Origin: Spirochaetia bacterium
Lineage (GTDB): Bacteria > Spirochaetota > Spirochaetia > WTKD01 > G963693115
Assembly: GCA_965226055.1 (NCBI GenBank)
Contig: CBDDCA010000005.1
Coordinates: 256,001 to 320,000, forward strand
Reading direction: 5' to 3'
DNA length: 64,000 nucleotides
Below are positions 31,024 to 42,232 of this stretch, piece by piece. A program made the position numbers and the translations under genes. Each line of letters begins with the position of its first letter. Position 1 is the stretch's first letter. Below the pieces are notes generated by a model. It searched no databases. It had not been told where the DNA came from and saw only the letters and a program-made list of their open reading frames with translations.

Positions 31024-33762
31024 ATGAGTAATTCATTAAAAAAATTAACGGAACATATATATCAGGAACAATGGACACGAGCAACATTTGACTCTTTTTC
31101 CATTCATAATTTTGAATCTATCAATCCCCTTCTCAATGATTTATCAACAGAAGACAAAGATAAGGCGCTTGAATTTTGTAATGAACAATTAGAGAAAAAT
31201 AAAAAAAGTGTATATGCTCTTTATATTGCAGGTATGATTGAACTCCAGATAGAATCAATCAATGATACACATATTATTCAGCTCATCCATATTTTTTCTG
31301 AAGAAAGTAAATGGAATGTAGTAGAATATCTTTGTCAAAAAATTCTTGAAATTCATGTCAACCTTAGTGCTTTACGTGCTTTGGATAGAGTATATCAGGA
31401 GACAGAACAATCTCAAAAACAAGTTGAAGTGTGGGGAAAAATAGTACAAGAGGATTTTGAGGAGATTGAGATTTTACATAGTCTTGCCTTATACAAAATT
31501 GCTCAAAATAATTTTACAGAAGCAAAAACAGATTTACAAAAAGCACTTAATCGTTGTCTTCATCATCATCAGAAAAACGATAGCGAAATTAAGAAACTAT
31601 GGAATCTGCTGTTAGATATTGAAATTAAAAACAATATTGAAAATATAACCTTTTTCCTCAATTACTGTGCTAACACAGAAACAACATCAGGTGAAGAAAA
31701 AGCGGAAGAATTATATGCTGCTATCTTAAATAAACTTCCTCTTGATTATAGTAGTGACACTCGTATTGCTATTCTTAAAAACTTACTTCGACTGAACAAT
31801 GAGGATTTTGGGTATAGAGAACAACTTGTAGAAGCGTATCGAACAAAATATAAAGATCATGATAAACTTGAAGATTTTATACGCATGACCAATCTTACTC
31901 AACAGTGGCGTAATGTTCAAGAAGCAATTAATGATTTTGAAAAGCATGTATCGTTCTTTCCAGGGAGCTTCGTATATCATAATAAATGGGGTATAGGAAG
32001 AATTAAAGACACAACGCATTTATCCCTTATCATAGATTTTTCTAAAAAAAGAAATCATATAATGGATATAGCAATGGCTGTTTCTTCTTTAGAAGTATTA
32101 CCTAACAATCATTTTTGGGTAATACGAAGTGCTTTTTCCTATGATAAATTGCGCGCAAAAGTATTAGAATCACCACAGTGGGTATTAAAATGTATCTTAA
32201 AAAGTCTCGGGTCAGCAGATATGAAAACCATTAAAGCTGAACTGGTGCCTGATATTCTTTCTTTGCAAGAATGGACATCATGGAGTACAAAAGCCAGAAA
32301 AATATTAAATACTAATCAACATTTTGGCATACTGCCAACAAAAATAGATCATTTTATATTCTCAGATATTGCAGTAAGCCCTATGGAAAAGTATCATAAA
32401 TTGATGCAAATAGAAGATCGATTTGTTGGAAAAATAAAATTATTTAGAAAAGCACTTGAGACATTAAAAAATAGTAAAGAAAAAAATGATATAGAATCTT
32501 TCTGGCGTATGTTTGATTACTTTTATTCCTATATTCAAGATTCTAATAACCCTTATGATGCACACTATATTTATGCCCTTTTCTTATGTGAAGAATCATC
32601 AAAGGTTACTCAATCATCTGCACGTACTGTAACACTTCCTATGGAAACAGTATTCACTTCATTAGAGCTAAATGACTTAAAAGATATATTACAGGAAATA
32701 AAAATAACAGATTACAAGCTGCTCCTTTTTGAAAAACTCAGACAATATAAAGAAGATTGGGAAAATTTTTATCTTAACCTTTTTCCTTACTTTCCTAACG
32801 AGACATTATTACAGAGACTACACCAAGATAATAAAAAAGAGTTATTAAAGAAAATATATCTTAAAATATATAATAATGCTTTAGAATTTAAAGAAGCATT
32901 TATTTGGTTTACTATTTCCTTAAAAGAAAAAGCTTGGTTACAAACACTTTCTGAAGATATAAAAATTTACTCTAATTTATTACGTATTGCCATAACTTTG
33001 TTACGCGATATAACAAACAAAAGAGATGTTCCTGTCAATAAACGCTACTTACAACTGATTCAAAATTTTATGTTTAAGCAAGAAAATCTCCCTACTGCGT
33101 TTGAATCATTTACCGAACAAGAGACAACCTATATGTATTCGTTACTGAGTCAGTTAAACGATATTTTTCCCAATAAAGTACTTCACATTCGAGAACAAAT
33201 TCTTGTTCGTTTTCCTAATTTTGAATTTAATGATAAGTTTGCGTACAATGAATCAACAAATAGCGGATTTCTTGCTACCGAACAACAATACAAAGAAAAA
33301 CAACGTGAGCTTATAAAGATACAAGAAACAGATATACCTACAAATAGTAAAGAAATAGAAAAAGCACGTTCTTTTGGTGATTTACGCGAAAATGCAGAGT
33401 ATAAAGCTGCACTTGAACATCAAAGTAATCTTAATAATAGAATACATCAGCTTACACAAGAGCTTGAACAAGCCCGTGTATTTAACTTAAATAATGTCAA
33501 TAATTCTACCGTAAGTTTTGGCACAAAAGTATTATTGGAAGAACAGCAGGAAGATGGAGTAAGCAAAACAAATGAGTTTATCATCCTCGGACCTTGGGAA
33601 TCTAATCCTGAAAAAGGTATTATTTCATATCTTTCCCCTTTTGGACAAAAGTTATATAAACACAAAAAAGATGAAGTTTGCGAATTTTCTATCAATAATA
33701 CTAAACGCATTATTAAAATTCTTGATATTCAAAAACTTGATAATTCTGTGCCATATGTATAA
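31024..33762 (+). CDS. greA: Transcription elongation factor GreA, long spirochete form
   Basis: C-terminal GDLRENAEYKAA...VSFGTKV...ILGPWES...ISYLSPFG; long helical N-terminus; start set at GAGGTG-cct-ATG 31024. Confidence 0.95.
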   Translation: MSNSLKKLTEHIYQEQWTRATFDSFSIHNFESINPLLNDLSTEDKDKALEFCNEQLEKNKKSVYALYIAGMIELQIESINDTHIIQLIHIFSEESKWNVVEYLCQKILEIHVNLSALRALDRVYQETEQSQKQVEVWGKIVQEDFEEIEILHSLALYKIAQNNFTEAKTDLQKALNRCLHHHQKNDSEIKKLWNLLLDIEIKNNIENITFFLNYCANTETTSGEEKAEELYAAILNKLPLDYSSDTRIAILKNLLRLNNEDFGYREQLVEAYRTKYKDHDKLEDFIRMTNLTQQWRNVQEAINDFEKHVSFFPGSFVYHNKWGIGRIKDTTHLSLIIDFSKKRNHIMDIAMAVSSLEVLPNNHFWVIRSAFSYDKLRAKVLESPQWVLKCILKSLGSADMKTIKAELVPDILSLQEWTSWSTKARKILNTNQHFGILPTKIDHFIFSDIAVSPMEKYHKLMQIEDRFVGKIKLFRKALETLKNSKEKNDIESFWRMFDYFYSYIQDSNNPYDAHYIYALFLCEESSKVTQSSARTVTLPMETVFTSLELNDLKDILQEIKITDYKLLLFEKLRQYKEDWENFYLNLFPYFPNETLLQRLHQDNKKELLKKIYLKIYNNALEFKEAFIWFTISLKEKAWLQTLSEDIKIYSNLLRIAITLLRDITNKRDVPVNKRYLQLIQNFMFKQENLPTAFESFTEQETTYMYSLLSQLNDIFPNKVLHIREQILVRFPNFEFNDKFAYNESTNSGFLATEQQYKEKQRELIKIQETDIPTNSKEIEKARSFGDLRENAEYKAALEHQSNLNNRIHQLTQELEQARVFNLNNVNNSTVSFGTKVLLEEQQEDGVSKTNEFIILGPWESNPEKGIISYLSPFGQKLYKHKKDEVCEFSINNTKRIIKILDIQKLDNSVPYV

Positions 33763-33774
33763 AAGAAACCTATA

Positions 33775-33806
33775 CAAATACTCTACACATTAGTGTAGAG
33801 TATTTG
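33775..33806. terminator. Bidirectional hairpin terminator
   Basis: CAAATACTCTACAC-atta-GTGTAGAGTATTTG, perfect 14-bp stem between convergent genes. Confidence 0.85.
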
Positions 33807-33838
33807 CTTTCTCCTTTCATTATAGTTGTGTAATGTAA

Positions 33839-35563
33839 TTATGGAGTAGAAAGCAGTTCTGATACTTGTGCGGCACGAATTCTCACCTTTCCTGATTTTG
33901 TACGGTCTCTGCTTAATGCTTTTACATAGCTTGATAGACTGTACATTCTATTTCTGGCAATAAGATTTAATGTATTGTACACTACTTGAGAATCATCACT
34001 GCGTACAAGAACGAGAGCAAGCGTAACAAGAGAATCATTGCTATATTGAGAGGCTATTTCTGACAATACCTGTAACACATATGAAAATCGTTTCTCAATA
34101 AGTGTAGTACTCAATGTTACTATAGGGTCTATGGTATCTAAGTCATCCATTTTTTCAAAAGCAAGCGTGAGTATAGCACGGTTCTTTGCATTTATACTTT
34201 GAATATTTTTTATTTGTGTAAGCAGATACGCTTTCCCTTCATCACGACTTTCTAAGGTAACATATATTTCAAGTGCTTCTGCTTGTACCTCAGTACTGGG
34301 ATCAGTTTCTATCATAAAAGGAAAAAAATCGAGATTTTGTATGACCATAGGAGTTTCATCAAGCATATTTTTTACTGCTTTTAGTGTTGCTATTCTTACA
34401 TCACTTTCATTGTCACGAATTCCGTTTAATAGCCATGTTTCAATATCTATATTGTCATATACATCTGCTTCTTTTATATTTGTAAGGCTTACAAATACTG
34501 CTTGTCGAATAGCCACCTGTTCACTACTGCGTAATGTGTCAAACAACTGTATTATTTTTTCTTCAATCTCTTTGTTAGGGTACTTTTCAAATTCACCGAG
34601 TGCTTTTAAGGCAGCCACTCGTAAAGATGTTGTTGCTCCATCATCTTCTGCAATTCCAATCAAGCTATCAATCATATTATATGCTTGTATCTTTCCTAAC
34701 ACCTGTAACATTGCGCCTTTAATAGATTGCACAGTAGTGGTATCGTAATATTCCTGCAGCGTTTGTGAATAGAGCTGTGGTGATGCTGTTACTGTTGTAG
34801 TTGTGTCTTCCGTAAGAATAATGGTATTATCAAACTGTTCTTCTTTCACTTTTACTTCTGTAATACTCATAGCTATTTCAGGATCGTAGGCAACATCTTT
34901 TTCCGAATAAAGAAAAGGCACTAACTCTAACGCTGCTAAAATAGTACCTACATGATCAGATTCAATAATCCCATTGATATAATCTAACAATGCTCTCACT
35001 TGCTGTTCGTCAAGTTCTTCACTAAAATCCTGTAGATAAAATATAGCTTGCTGAACGAGTCGTGTATTCTCTTCAATATAGCGCGATACAACAGTAAGCG
35101 CATACGGTATTGCTTGTTTACTCTTAAAATAACGAAAATAATCTAAGCCTGCTAGCCGAACTTCGTCACTGCTACTGGTACTCATACGCTGTAGTATTTC
35201 ATCACTAAACTGGTCAGTGTTAAGCTGTTTTACTGTATTGATTGCTTCTGCAACAGCACTATCTACACCATATTCCAATGTTTTTTGTATAGCTTCAAGT
35301 CCTTCTAATGGTTCACCAATGTTACTTTCGGTACTCTCCTCTGCTTCTGTTTCTATTTCTGTCGTATCTTCTTCTATGAAAAGAGGCTCACTAACGACTG
35401 TTCGCTGAATCTCTTGAGTTTCTTGCTGTGACTCTACCTGTGCATACCCTTGCATCACCAGTACAGAACAAAAAAACACACACAGAACAGTACTTGAAAT
35501 CGTCCGCATCCTGTTCCAAAAAGAAAAATATCTCAACAGAGAAGAAACACACAAAGAAATCAT
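33839..35563 (-). CDS. HEAT-repeat exported protein
   Basis: Signal peptide; repeated VRxAALxALG / VRIATLKAV helices; start may be the internal Met. Confidence 0.75.
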   Translation of the reverse strand: MISLCVSSLLRYFSFWNRMRTISSTVLCVFFCSVLVMQGYAQVESQQETQEIQRTVVSEPLFIEEDTTEIETEAEESTESNIGEPLEGLEAIQKTLEYGVDSAVAEAINTVKQLNTDQFSDEILQRMSTSSSDEVRLAGLDYFRYFKSKQAIPYALTVVSRYIEENTRLVQQAIFYLQDFSEELDEQQVRALLDYINGIIESDHVGTILAALELVPFLYSEKDVAYDPEIAMSITEVKVKEEQFDNTIILTEDTTTTVTASPQLYSQTLQEYYDTTTVQSIKGAMLQVLGKIQAYNMIDSLIGIAEDDGATTSLRVAALKALGEFEKYPNKEIEEKIIQLFDTLRSSEQVAIRQAVFVSLTNIKEADVYDNIDIETWLLNGIRDNESDVRIATLKAVKNMLDETPMVIQNLDFFPFMIETDPSTEVQAEALEIYVTLESRDEGKAYLLTQIKNIQSINAKNRAILTLAFEKMDDLDTIDPIVTLSTTLIEKRFSYVLQVLSEIASQYSNDSLVTLALVLVRSDDSQVVYNTLNLIARNRMYSLSSYVKALSRDRTKSGKVRIRAAQVSELLSTP

Positions 35564-35564
35564 A

Positions 35565-37112
35565 CTAATTACTCACGCGTTTTCTTGCTTTTAGAGCAGA
35601 AAAAATATCTATCCCTAACAATCTGTATCCTCCCCAAATACAAAGAAGAGAGATAACACAAATTACTAAAAATACACTACTGTTAAGCCAAGTGCTTCCT
35701 GCAAACCACATTTCTGCAGTATAGAGAGAACATACAAATGATACAACAATCAAAGGGAGAGAGGCTATCATTACTTTTATTCCTTTCTTTACAATATACG
35801 ATAGAGACACATACGATGAGATGGATATATACATCAAAGGAATAATACAGAACAAAGATATACCATATGCATAGGCAATTCCTTCTATTCGTAATACGGT
35901 ATTTGCGAGAAAAAATGAGAGTGCTAAATCAATAATACAAAAAATACTCACAAAAAGCAACACTAACTTATATCTCAACATTGCATACAATATTCTTTGA
36001 AAAAATAAATACCCTCCTAGCAAAGGCAGGCTCATTCCATAAATTCTTACAATTCTTGCAACAAGGTATGCAGCTTCAGGTCCCAATGCTCCCCTTTGAA
36101 TAGCTAATGATACTCCTGCATGGGCATAAAAAAAGAACAAAATTGATATAGGAACAGTGATAATGAGTAAGTTATTGATAGTATTCTTTATGCATTCTTT
36201 TAGCTCTTGTACACGATTATCTTCATATGCACTTACTAAATATACAAAAGCGACAGAGGTAATAGAGTTGATACATATTCCTATAGGCAGCTGCCAAAAG
36301 ACAATAGCATATCCTAGTAAAGAGCTATCCCCTACTTCTAGCTTACTGCTCAGATAAAAGATAATTTGCTGACTTATCACAGTAAGCAATACTGCAAAAA
36401 TCGAAGGTGCATAGCGCTGAAATACAAGCCGAATCTCTTTTGATGGCAACAAAGAATGTACTTTTGGAATAACTGCATATCCCATGTTCATCAACGGAAT
36501 GATGAGCAGTAGTACTTGAAGCAATGATCCTAGCAGAAATCCAACTGCTACCGCATATATCCCTAGCGTGTCATGAAAAAAAAATATACATATGATCACC
36601 AACAAAGAGTGAAGCATAGGGGAAATAGCAACAAGAACAAATTTTTTATGTGTCTGCAATAAGCCCGATAAAATAACACTTATAGTAATAAAAAAGAGAA
36701 ATGGAATAACTAACGAAAATAGCGTTGCTGCTTTTGATGCTTCTTCTGCAGAATTCCATTGAAAGAAAAAAGAAATAAGCTGTGGAGAGAAAAATGCTAG
36801 TAATGCAGTAATTGCTGCGGTGATAATTCCAATATAACATAATAACTCAGAAAAAAACGCTTGCGAACGTGCATTGCTTTTTGTAGAATCTTGTACTGTT
36901 ACCTTAAATACAGACATATAGGCATTACTGAGGCTTCCTTCGGCAAATATTTTTCTTAAATTGTTAGGGATAGTAAGTATTCTATTCAAAATATCGGCAT
37001 CACTTGTTACTCCAAAATAAGCACTTATAAAAGATATACGAATGAGACCAAATATCCTTGAGATAAGAGTAAAAAATGCAACATAGATAGATGATTTATT
37101 CTGCTGTTCCAT
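35565..37112 (-). CDS. murJ: Lipid II flippase MurJ (MviN)
   Basis: TLISRIFGLIR...FG....D...IPNNLRKIFAEG motif, many TM helices; start set at MEQQ. Confidence 0.93.
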   Translation of the reverse strand: MEQQNKSSIYVAFFTLISRIFGLIRISFISAYFGVTSDADILNRILTIPNNLRKIFAEGSLSNAYMSVFKVTVQDSTKSNARSQAFFSELLCYIGIITAAITALLAFFSPQLISFFFQWNSAEEASKAATLFSLVIPFLFFITISVILSGLLQTHKKFVLVAISPMLHSLLVIICIFFFHDTLGIYAVAVGFLLGSLLQVLLLIIPLMNMGYAVIPKVHSLLPSKEIRLVFQRYAPSIFAVLLTVISQQIIFYLSSKLEVGDSSLLGYAIVFWQLPIGICINSITSVAFVYLVSAYEDNRVQELKECIKNTINNLLIITVPISILFFFYAHAGVSLAIQRGALGPEAAYLVARIVRIYGMSLPLLGGYLFFQRILYAMLRYKLVLLFVSIFCIIDLALSFFLANTVLRIEGIAYAYGISLFCIIPLMYISISSYVSLSYIVKKGIKVMIASLPLIVVSFVCSLYTAEMWFAGSTWLNSSVFLVICVISLLCIWGGYRLLGIDIFSALKARKRVSN

Positions 37113-37125
37113 ATATCTATTGTTA

Positions 37126-38208
37126 TTATCGTATGAAAAACCTGTATGATAACCACGAAATGAATAAAGTAACCGTAAAACCAAACCAAGCACCTATAAT
37201 TGGCGATAAATAACCTTTTGCTGCAAGTATATTACCAAGCAAATCTGAGAAATAATATACTATAGAGATAGTTACTGCTGTCAACAAACTGAGTAATAAC
37301 GCATTTTTCTTAAACAAATTACCTGATATACATGCCATAATCATAACTATAAAAGGACTCAGAGCAAGTGGTAAACGAGAATAGGTGTCAGTAAGCAATT
37401 TTCTATATGATAAACCTCTTTCTTTTAGTTCATTGATATAATCAAGTGCATCAAAATATCTCAATTCATCGACATTGCTCACTACTTTTTGAAAGAACCG
37501 AGGCTCCATATTTAATGATTCATTGGTATAGGTATCTTTATTTTCCAGATGAACTTCTTTATAAATAGGATCGTATGTGTATATTTTCACATCCTTGAAT
37601 ACCCACAAGTTACCGTTCCAATTAGCATATGTTGCATCAATTCTTTCTTCAAGAATATTATCTTCGGTAGTGCGTACAAGAATAATATCATTAAGCTGCT
37701 GTTCAACATCATTATAAAATTCGGCATAATAAATAATTTTTCCCCCGTCCTGTAAAATAGAAACTTGATTATTACTCTTTTCTATCTCTTGATTGAGTAA
37801 GGTGCGTTTTAGCTCATTTTTTTGCCGAAATGTATCAATCACTACCCTCTCTTGAAACAAAAAGAGCAGTATGCTCAACACTCCTCCTATTATCAATAGA
37901 GGAATAACAAAACGAAACAGTGAAATACCTGATGAGTATAAGGTAATAAGCTCGTTATTAGCATTAAGCTGAGCAAGCGAAAAAGTAATAGAAAATAAAA
38001 TAGCTATAGGGAGAGCATAGGACATACTGGTAGGAATATAGAGCGACTGCACTCTCACAATGGTAATAACAGGTACATTAAGAAAGAGGTACTTGATGAG
38101 ATCTTGAATAAGATCCATTGTGAGTAAAAAAAAAGAAAACATCATAAAAGAAACTATGAGCGAAGAAAGAACTGAACGAATAGCGTATCTATGAATGATA
38201 GAAATCAT
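37126..38208 (-). CDS. lptG: LptF/LptG (YjgP/YjgQ) family permease
   Basis: IHRY start, LP.AIL..., NELITLYSSGIS motif, periplasmic beta-jellyroll; TAATG coupling to the upstream gene. Confidence 0.85.
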   Translation of the reverse strand: MISIIHRYAIRSVLSSLIVSFMMFSFFLLTMDLIQDLIKYLFLNVPVITIVRVQSLYIPTSMSYALPIAILFSITFSLAQLNANNELITLYSSGISLFRFVIPLLIIGGVLSILLFLFQERVVIDTFRQKNELKRTLLNQEIEKSNNQVSILQDGGKIIYYAEFYNDVEQQLNDIILVRTTEDNILEERIDATYANWNGNLWVFKDVKIYTYDPIYKEVHLENKDTYTNESLNMEPRFFQKVVSNVDELRYFDALDYINELKERGLSYRKLLTDTYSRLPLALSPFIVMIMACISGNLFKKNALLLSLLTAVTISIVYYFSDLLGNILAAKGYLSPIIGAWFGFTVTLFISWLSYRFFIR

Positions 38209-39512
38209 TAGGAGCGTCTCCGAGCGTAGAGTAAAAATAATGATATTACAAAAATAATAGCAAGTGGATACCACATCATAAAAGCAGCTGAAATATCATT
38301 TGTTGCTCCTATTGTCTGATTGATAACATTGATTAACCAATATAAAAAGGAAGCACTAATACCAATACCAAAGCCTGTAGTTCTTCCACTTCGCTTTGAA
38401 AACAATCCAATAGGAAATGCTATACATATAAATACTACTACCGCAAAAGGTTCTGATAATTTTTTATGGTATACCACACTATTTATTTGATAACTTCGCT
38501 TAAATATAGGAGTTTCCGCTAAGGTATGATAGCGTGTGAGAAATTGCGTATATACTTGCGTAGGAATGTACTGAGTATACACATCGGGAGCATTGAGTAC
38601 TATTCCTGCTTGTTGAGAATACAGGGATACTGCAGTGCCTAATGATATGTTCATATTTTTTTCTTGCTCATCAATAGCGGGCTGTAAACTTTGTTCTCGC
38701 TCTTTTTCTACCTCTTGCTGTAAATCGCTGATACTCTTTTGATTAGCATTTATTGACTGTACTTCTGTGGTAAGATCTTTTACCAATAAATTATAAGTCA
38801 AACCTCTTGCTTGCAAGTACGAGTATTCTTGAGGTTTCTCTTCTCTACTAACACTGACAACATCTTTTAAGGACAGTGATAGTACTCCTTTTCGTTGATC
38901 ACCAATAAGCTCAGCAGTATCAGCAGAAATAATACGACTATTTCCATCGTTATCTTGATCTATAATAACTAAGCCTTGTATATCATTATCCGTTACTGAC
39001 TTAGTAACAATAATATTATCTTGATAGCGCTTTACAGAGTTTTGATCAAGCTCTAATTGAGGGCTTACAAACAACACTTTGCGATATTGTAATGACGCTT
39101 GTATAGATCCCCACGGCACTATAGCTTCAAGCATAAAAAAGGATATTGCCATAATAAAAAACGAAAAGAACACATAGGGAACAAACGACTGCAAAAAAGA
39201 AACTCCATTCGCTCTCATGGCAACAAACTCATTGCTTGATGAAAAACTTCCTACACTCATAAGACATGACACCAATGCAGCATACGGAATTGCCATTACT
39301 ATTACTTCGGGCATCCATAACAAAAACAGCTTAAATACTTCAAAAAAAGGAACTGATATTTGAAATATTTTCTTTGCAAGCAGTATAATTTGATTACCAA
39401 CAAAAACAAAAATAAAAAAAAGAAAAATAAGAAAAAAGGAGTAGATATAATCAACTAAAATATAAAGAGCAACCCTCATAGGGAATTTTGTTTTTACTGT
39501 AACGTTTTCCAT
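38208..39512 (-). CDS. lptF: LptF/LptG family permease
   Basis: P.....AIP, SSSNEFVAMRANGVS, HKKLSEPF motifs. Confidence 0.85.
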   Translation of the reverse strand: MENVTVKTKFPMRVALYILVDYIYSFFLIFLFFIFVFVGNQIILLAKKIFQISVPFFEVFKLFLLWMPEVIVMAIPYAALVSCLMSVGSFSSSNEFVAMRANGVSFLQSFVPYVFFSFFIMAISFFMLEAIVPWGSIQASLQYRKVLFVSPQLELDQNSVKRYQDNIIVTKSVTDNDIQGLVIIDQDNDGNSRIISADTAELIGDQRKGVLSLSLKDVVSVSREEKPQEYSYLQARGLTYNLLVKDLTTEVQSINANQKSISDLQQEVEKEREQSLQPAIDEQEKNMNISLGTAVSLYSQQAGIVLNAPDVYTQYIPTQVYTQFLTRYHTLAETPIFKRSYQINSVVYHKKLSEPFAVVVFICIAFPIGLFSKRSGRTTGFGIGISASFLYWLINVINQTIGATNDISAAFMMWYPLAIIFVISLFLLYARRRS

Positions 39513-39521
39513 ATATCCTAT

Positions 39522-39974
39522 CTATTGTTTATGAGTTCCACTAGAACCAAAGCCTTTTTCTCCTCTCTCTGTTACAGACAAGGAGCTTTGATGTTCAACA
39601 CGACAAAAATGTACTTGCAACACTGGACATATAACAAGCTGTGCAATACGTTCTAAAGGCATGATAGTGTACGGGGTGTCGCTTATATTCATCAAAGGTA
39701 TCTTAATTTCCCCTCTATAGTCACTATCTATCGTGCCAGGTGAATTTACGATAAGAATCCCATGCTTAAAAGATAGTCCAGATCGTGGCCGTACTTGCCC
39801 CTCGTATCCTACGGGTATCTCTACATATGTGCCAGTAGGCACTAGTATCCTTTGTTGAGGAGCAAGAATAAGTTCAGAATCAATACTGGCACAGAGGTCT
39901 GCCCCTGATGCTGTATGGCTTGCGTATACAGGCTCGTTACCAGCAAATGTTACACTTACACTGGTTTTCTTCAT
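39522..39974 (-). CDS. dut: dUTP diphosphatase
   Basis: SGADL, RPRSGL, GTIDSDYRGE, RIAQL, RGEKGFGSSG. Confidence 0.98.
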   Translation of the reverse strand: MKKTSVSVTFAGNEPVYASHTASGADLCASIDSELILAPQQRILVPTGTYVEIPVGYEGQVRPRSGLSFKHGILIVNSPGTIDSDYRGEIKIPLMNISDTPYTIMPLERIAQLVICPVLQVHFCRVEHQSSLSVTERGEKGFGSSGTHKQ

Positions 39975-39986
39975 CAGATTTTTTTA

Positions 39987-42155
39987 TTATCCTCTTCTAT
40001 CCCTATTGCGATTATTATCGTGTGAAAAATGCTTTTTTCTCTCTCTTCCTCTATCATTTCTATCGTATCTACTATTTCCATCTGCTACCCCACGTCCCGA
40101 CAACGCTAAATTAACACGCCCCATTCTATCTATTTCTATAATTTTCACTTTAATTTCCTGATTTATCTGCATAACATCATGAACAGAATCTATTTTTTCT
40201 CGTGACATTTTGCTTATATGACACAGCCCTTCTTTTCCTGGAAGAAACTCAATAAAAGCACCAAAGTCCATAATACGTTTTACAATACCATCATATTCCT
40301 TTCCAATTTCTGGTTCTTCTAATAATTTAAGAAAATTTTCCTTTGCTGCTTCTGCATCGTATGCATTTTTACTATAAATAGTAACAATTCCTGCATCATC
40401 AATATCTGTTTGTACTTGAAATTTCTCATTGATACCTTTAATTGTCTTTCCTCCTGATCCAATAAGCTGTCCTATCTTATCAGGATGCACATTAAACGAA
40501 ACTATACGCGGAGCAAACTCAGAAAGCTCTGTATTATGATGTTGCAGAGTATCATTCATAATCCCTAGTATATGCATTCTCCCTTCTTTTGCTTGATACA
40601 GTGCTTTTTTCATTATTTCGGCATCAATATTCTGTATTTTTATATCCATTTGAAAACCAGTAATACCATTTTCTGTTCCTGCTACCTTAAAGTCCATATC
40701 CCCAAGATGATCTTCTTCTCCAAGTATATCGGAAAGCACAACAAAATCATCTCCTTCTTTTACTAATCCCATTGCAATTCCTGCTATGGCTTTATCCAAC
40801 GGTACTCCCGCCTGCATAAGTGCTAAAGAACCAGAACATACAGTTGCCATAGAAGAAGAACCATTTGATTCTAGTACCTCAGAGACAATACGAACAGTAT
40901 AAGGAAATTGATCTTTTTTAGGCATTTTTGCAAGCAATGAGCGATGTGCAAGATGACCATGTCCAATTTCACGTCTTCCTGTCATGAGCCTTCCTACTTC
41001 TCCTACCGAAAAGGGAGGAAAATTATAATGCAGTAAAAAATTCTGTCTTCTATCTCCATCAATATCGTCAAACACTTGTTCATCCATAGATGTCCCTAAT
41101 GTAGCTACTGCTAAGGCTTGTGTTTCTCCACGAGTAAAAAGAGCGGAGCCATGTGTACGAGGTAAAATGTCTGTCTCACACTGTATAGGACGGATTTCTT
41201 CAGGACTCCGTCCATCCGAACGAATTTTACGTTCTACAATAGATTCTCTGATTATTTTTTGCTCTAAAGAATCCATTACTGCCTTAAAATGTTTTTCTTC
41301 CTCTTCTTTGAGCGTATCTGCAAAATGTTCCTTTGTATCAGAAATAACTGACTGGATAGCAGCGCTTCGCTCCATCTTTCCTTTTACAAAGCAGGCTGTT
41401 TCCATATCTGCAGTCGCGTAGTCTATGATTTCTTTCTCTAAAGCAAAAGGAGTGACTTCAATTAAAGGAAGTTTTTCTTTTCCTACTAAGGAAACAAGCT
41501 CAATCTGAGCATCACAAATTGACTTAATAACAGGATGTGCAAACTCAATAGCTTCAATAAACAATTCTTCACTTACTTCGCTTGCGCCCCCTTCTACCAT
41601 AGTGATTCCTTCTTTTGTGCCTGCAACCATTATTTCAAGCGTAGAGAGCTCAATTTGCTCAAATGTAGGGTTTGCAATAAACCCTTGTCCATCAATGTAA
41701 ATGACTCGTACTCCTGCAACTGGTCCATCAAATGGAATATCACTTACTACCACACTTGCTGAAGCAGCACAAATAGCGATAGCATCAGCAGGATGTACCT
41801 GATCTGCAGAAACAGTAGTGGGAATTACCTGTATTTCACGCTTAAAATTTTTAGAAAACAGCGGACGCATAGGTCTGTCAATAAGACGCGATACTAATAT
41901 TTCTTTGTCTTTTGGACGCCCTTCTCTTTTTATGAAACCACCAGGAATCTTCCCTGCTGCATAGTACTTTTCATTGTACTCTACCTGTAAGGGTACAAAA
42001 TCTAAATCTTCATTGACATTTGAAGAACAACATGCAGTAGAAAGTATTGATACACCTTCATAACTTGCAAATACTGATCCATTTGCTTGTCGTGCTAATT
42101 TTCCTACTTGGAATAGTAGGTCCTTTCCTCCTACATCTACCCGTATTTCTACCAT
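39987..42155 (-). CDS. pnp: Polyribonucleotide nucleotidyltransferase
   Basis: Two RNase PH domains (RREIGHG, SNGSSSMA, GDMDFKVAG), KH and S1 domains. Confidence 0.99.
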   Translation of the reverse strand: MVEIRVDVGGKDLLFQVGKLARQANGSVFASYEGVSILSTACCSSNVNEDLDFVPLQVEYNEKYYAAGKIPGGFIKREGRPKDKEILVSRLIDRPMRPLFSKNFKREIQVIPTTVSADQVHPADAIAICAASASVVVSDIPFDGPVAGVRVIYIDGQGFIANPTFEQIELSTLEIMVAGTKEGITMVEGGASEVSEELFIEAIEFAHPVIKSICDAQIELVSLVGKEKLPLIEVTPFALEKEIIDYATADMETACFVKGKMERSAAIQSVISDTKEHFADTLKEEEEKHFKAVMDSLEQKIIRESIVERKIRSDGRSPEEIRPIQCETDILPRTHGSALFTRGETQALAVATLGTSMDEQVFDDIDGDRRQNFLLHYNFPPFSVGEVGRLMTGRREIGHGHLAHRSLLAKMPKKDQFPYTVRIVSEVLESNGSSSMATVCSGSLALMQAGVPLDKAIAGIAMGLVKEGDDFVVLSDILGEEDHLGDMDFKVAGTENGITGFQMDIKIQNIDAEIMKKALYQAKEGRMHILGIMNDTLQHHNTELSEFAPRIVSFNVHPDKIGQLIGSGGKTIKGINEKFQVQTDIDDAGIVTIYSKNAYDAEAAKENFLKLLEEPEIGKEYDGIVKRIMDFGAFIEFLPGKEGLCHISKMSREKIDSVHDVMQINQEIKVKIIEIDRMGRVNLALSGRGVADGNSRYDRNDRGRERKKHFSHDNNRNRDRRG

Positions 42156-42232
42156 AAAAACCCCTTCATGTTAAACATGTATAATAATTTCTTTAAGATA
42201 TATAGTATGATTACTAAAAAAGACAAATATAA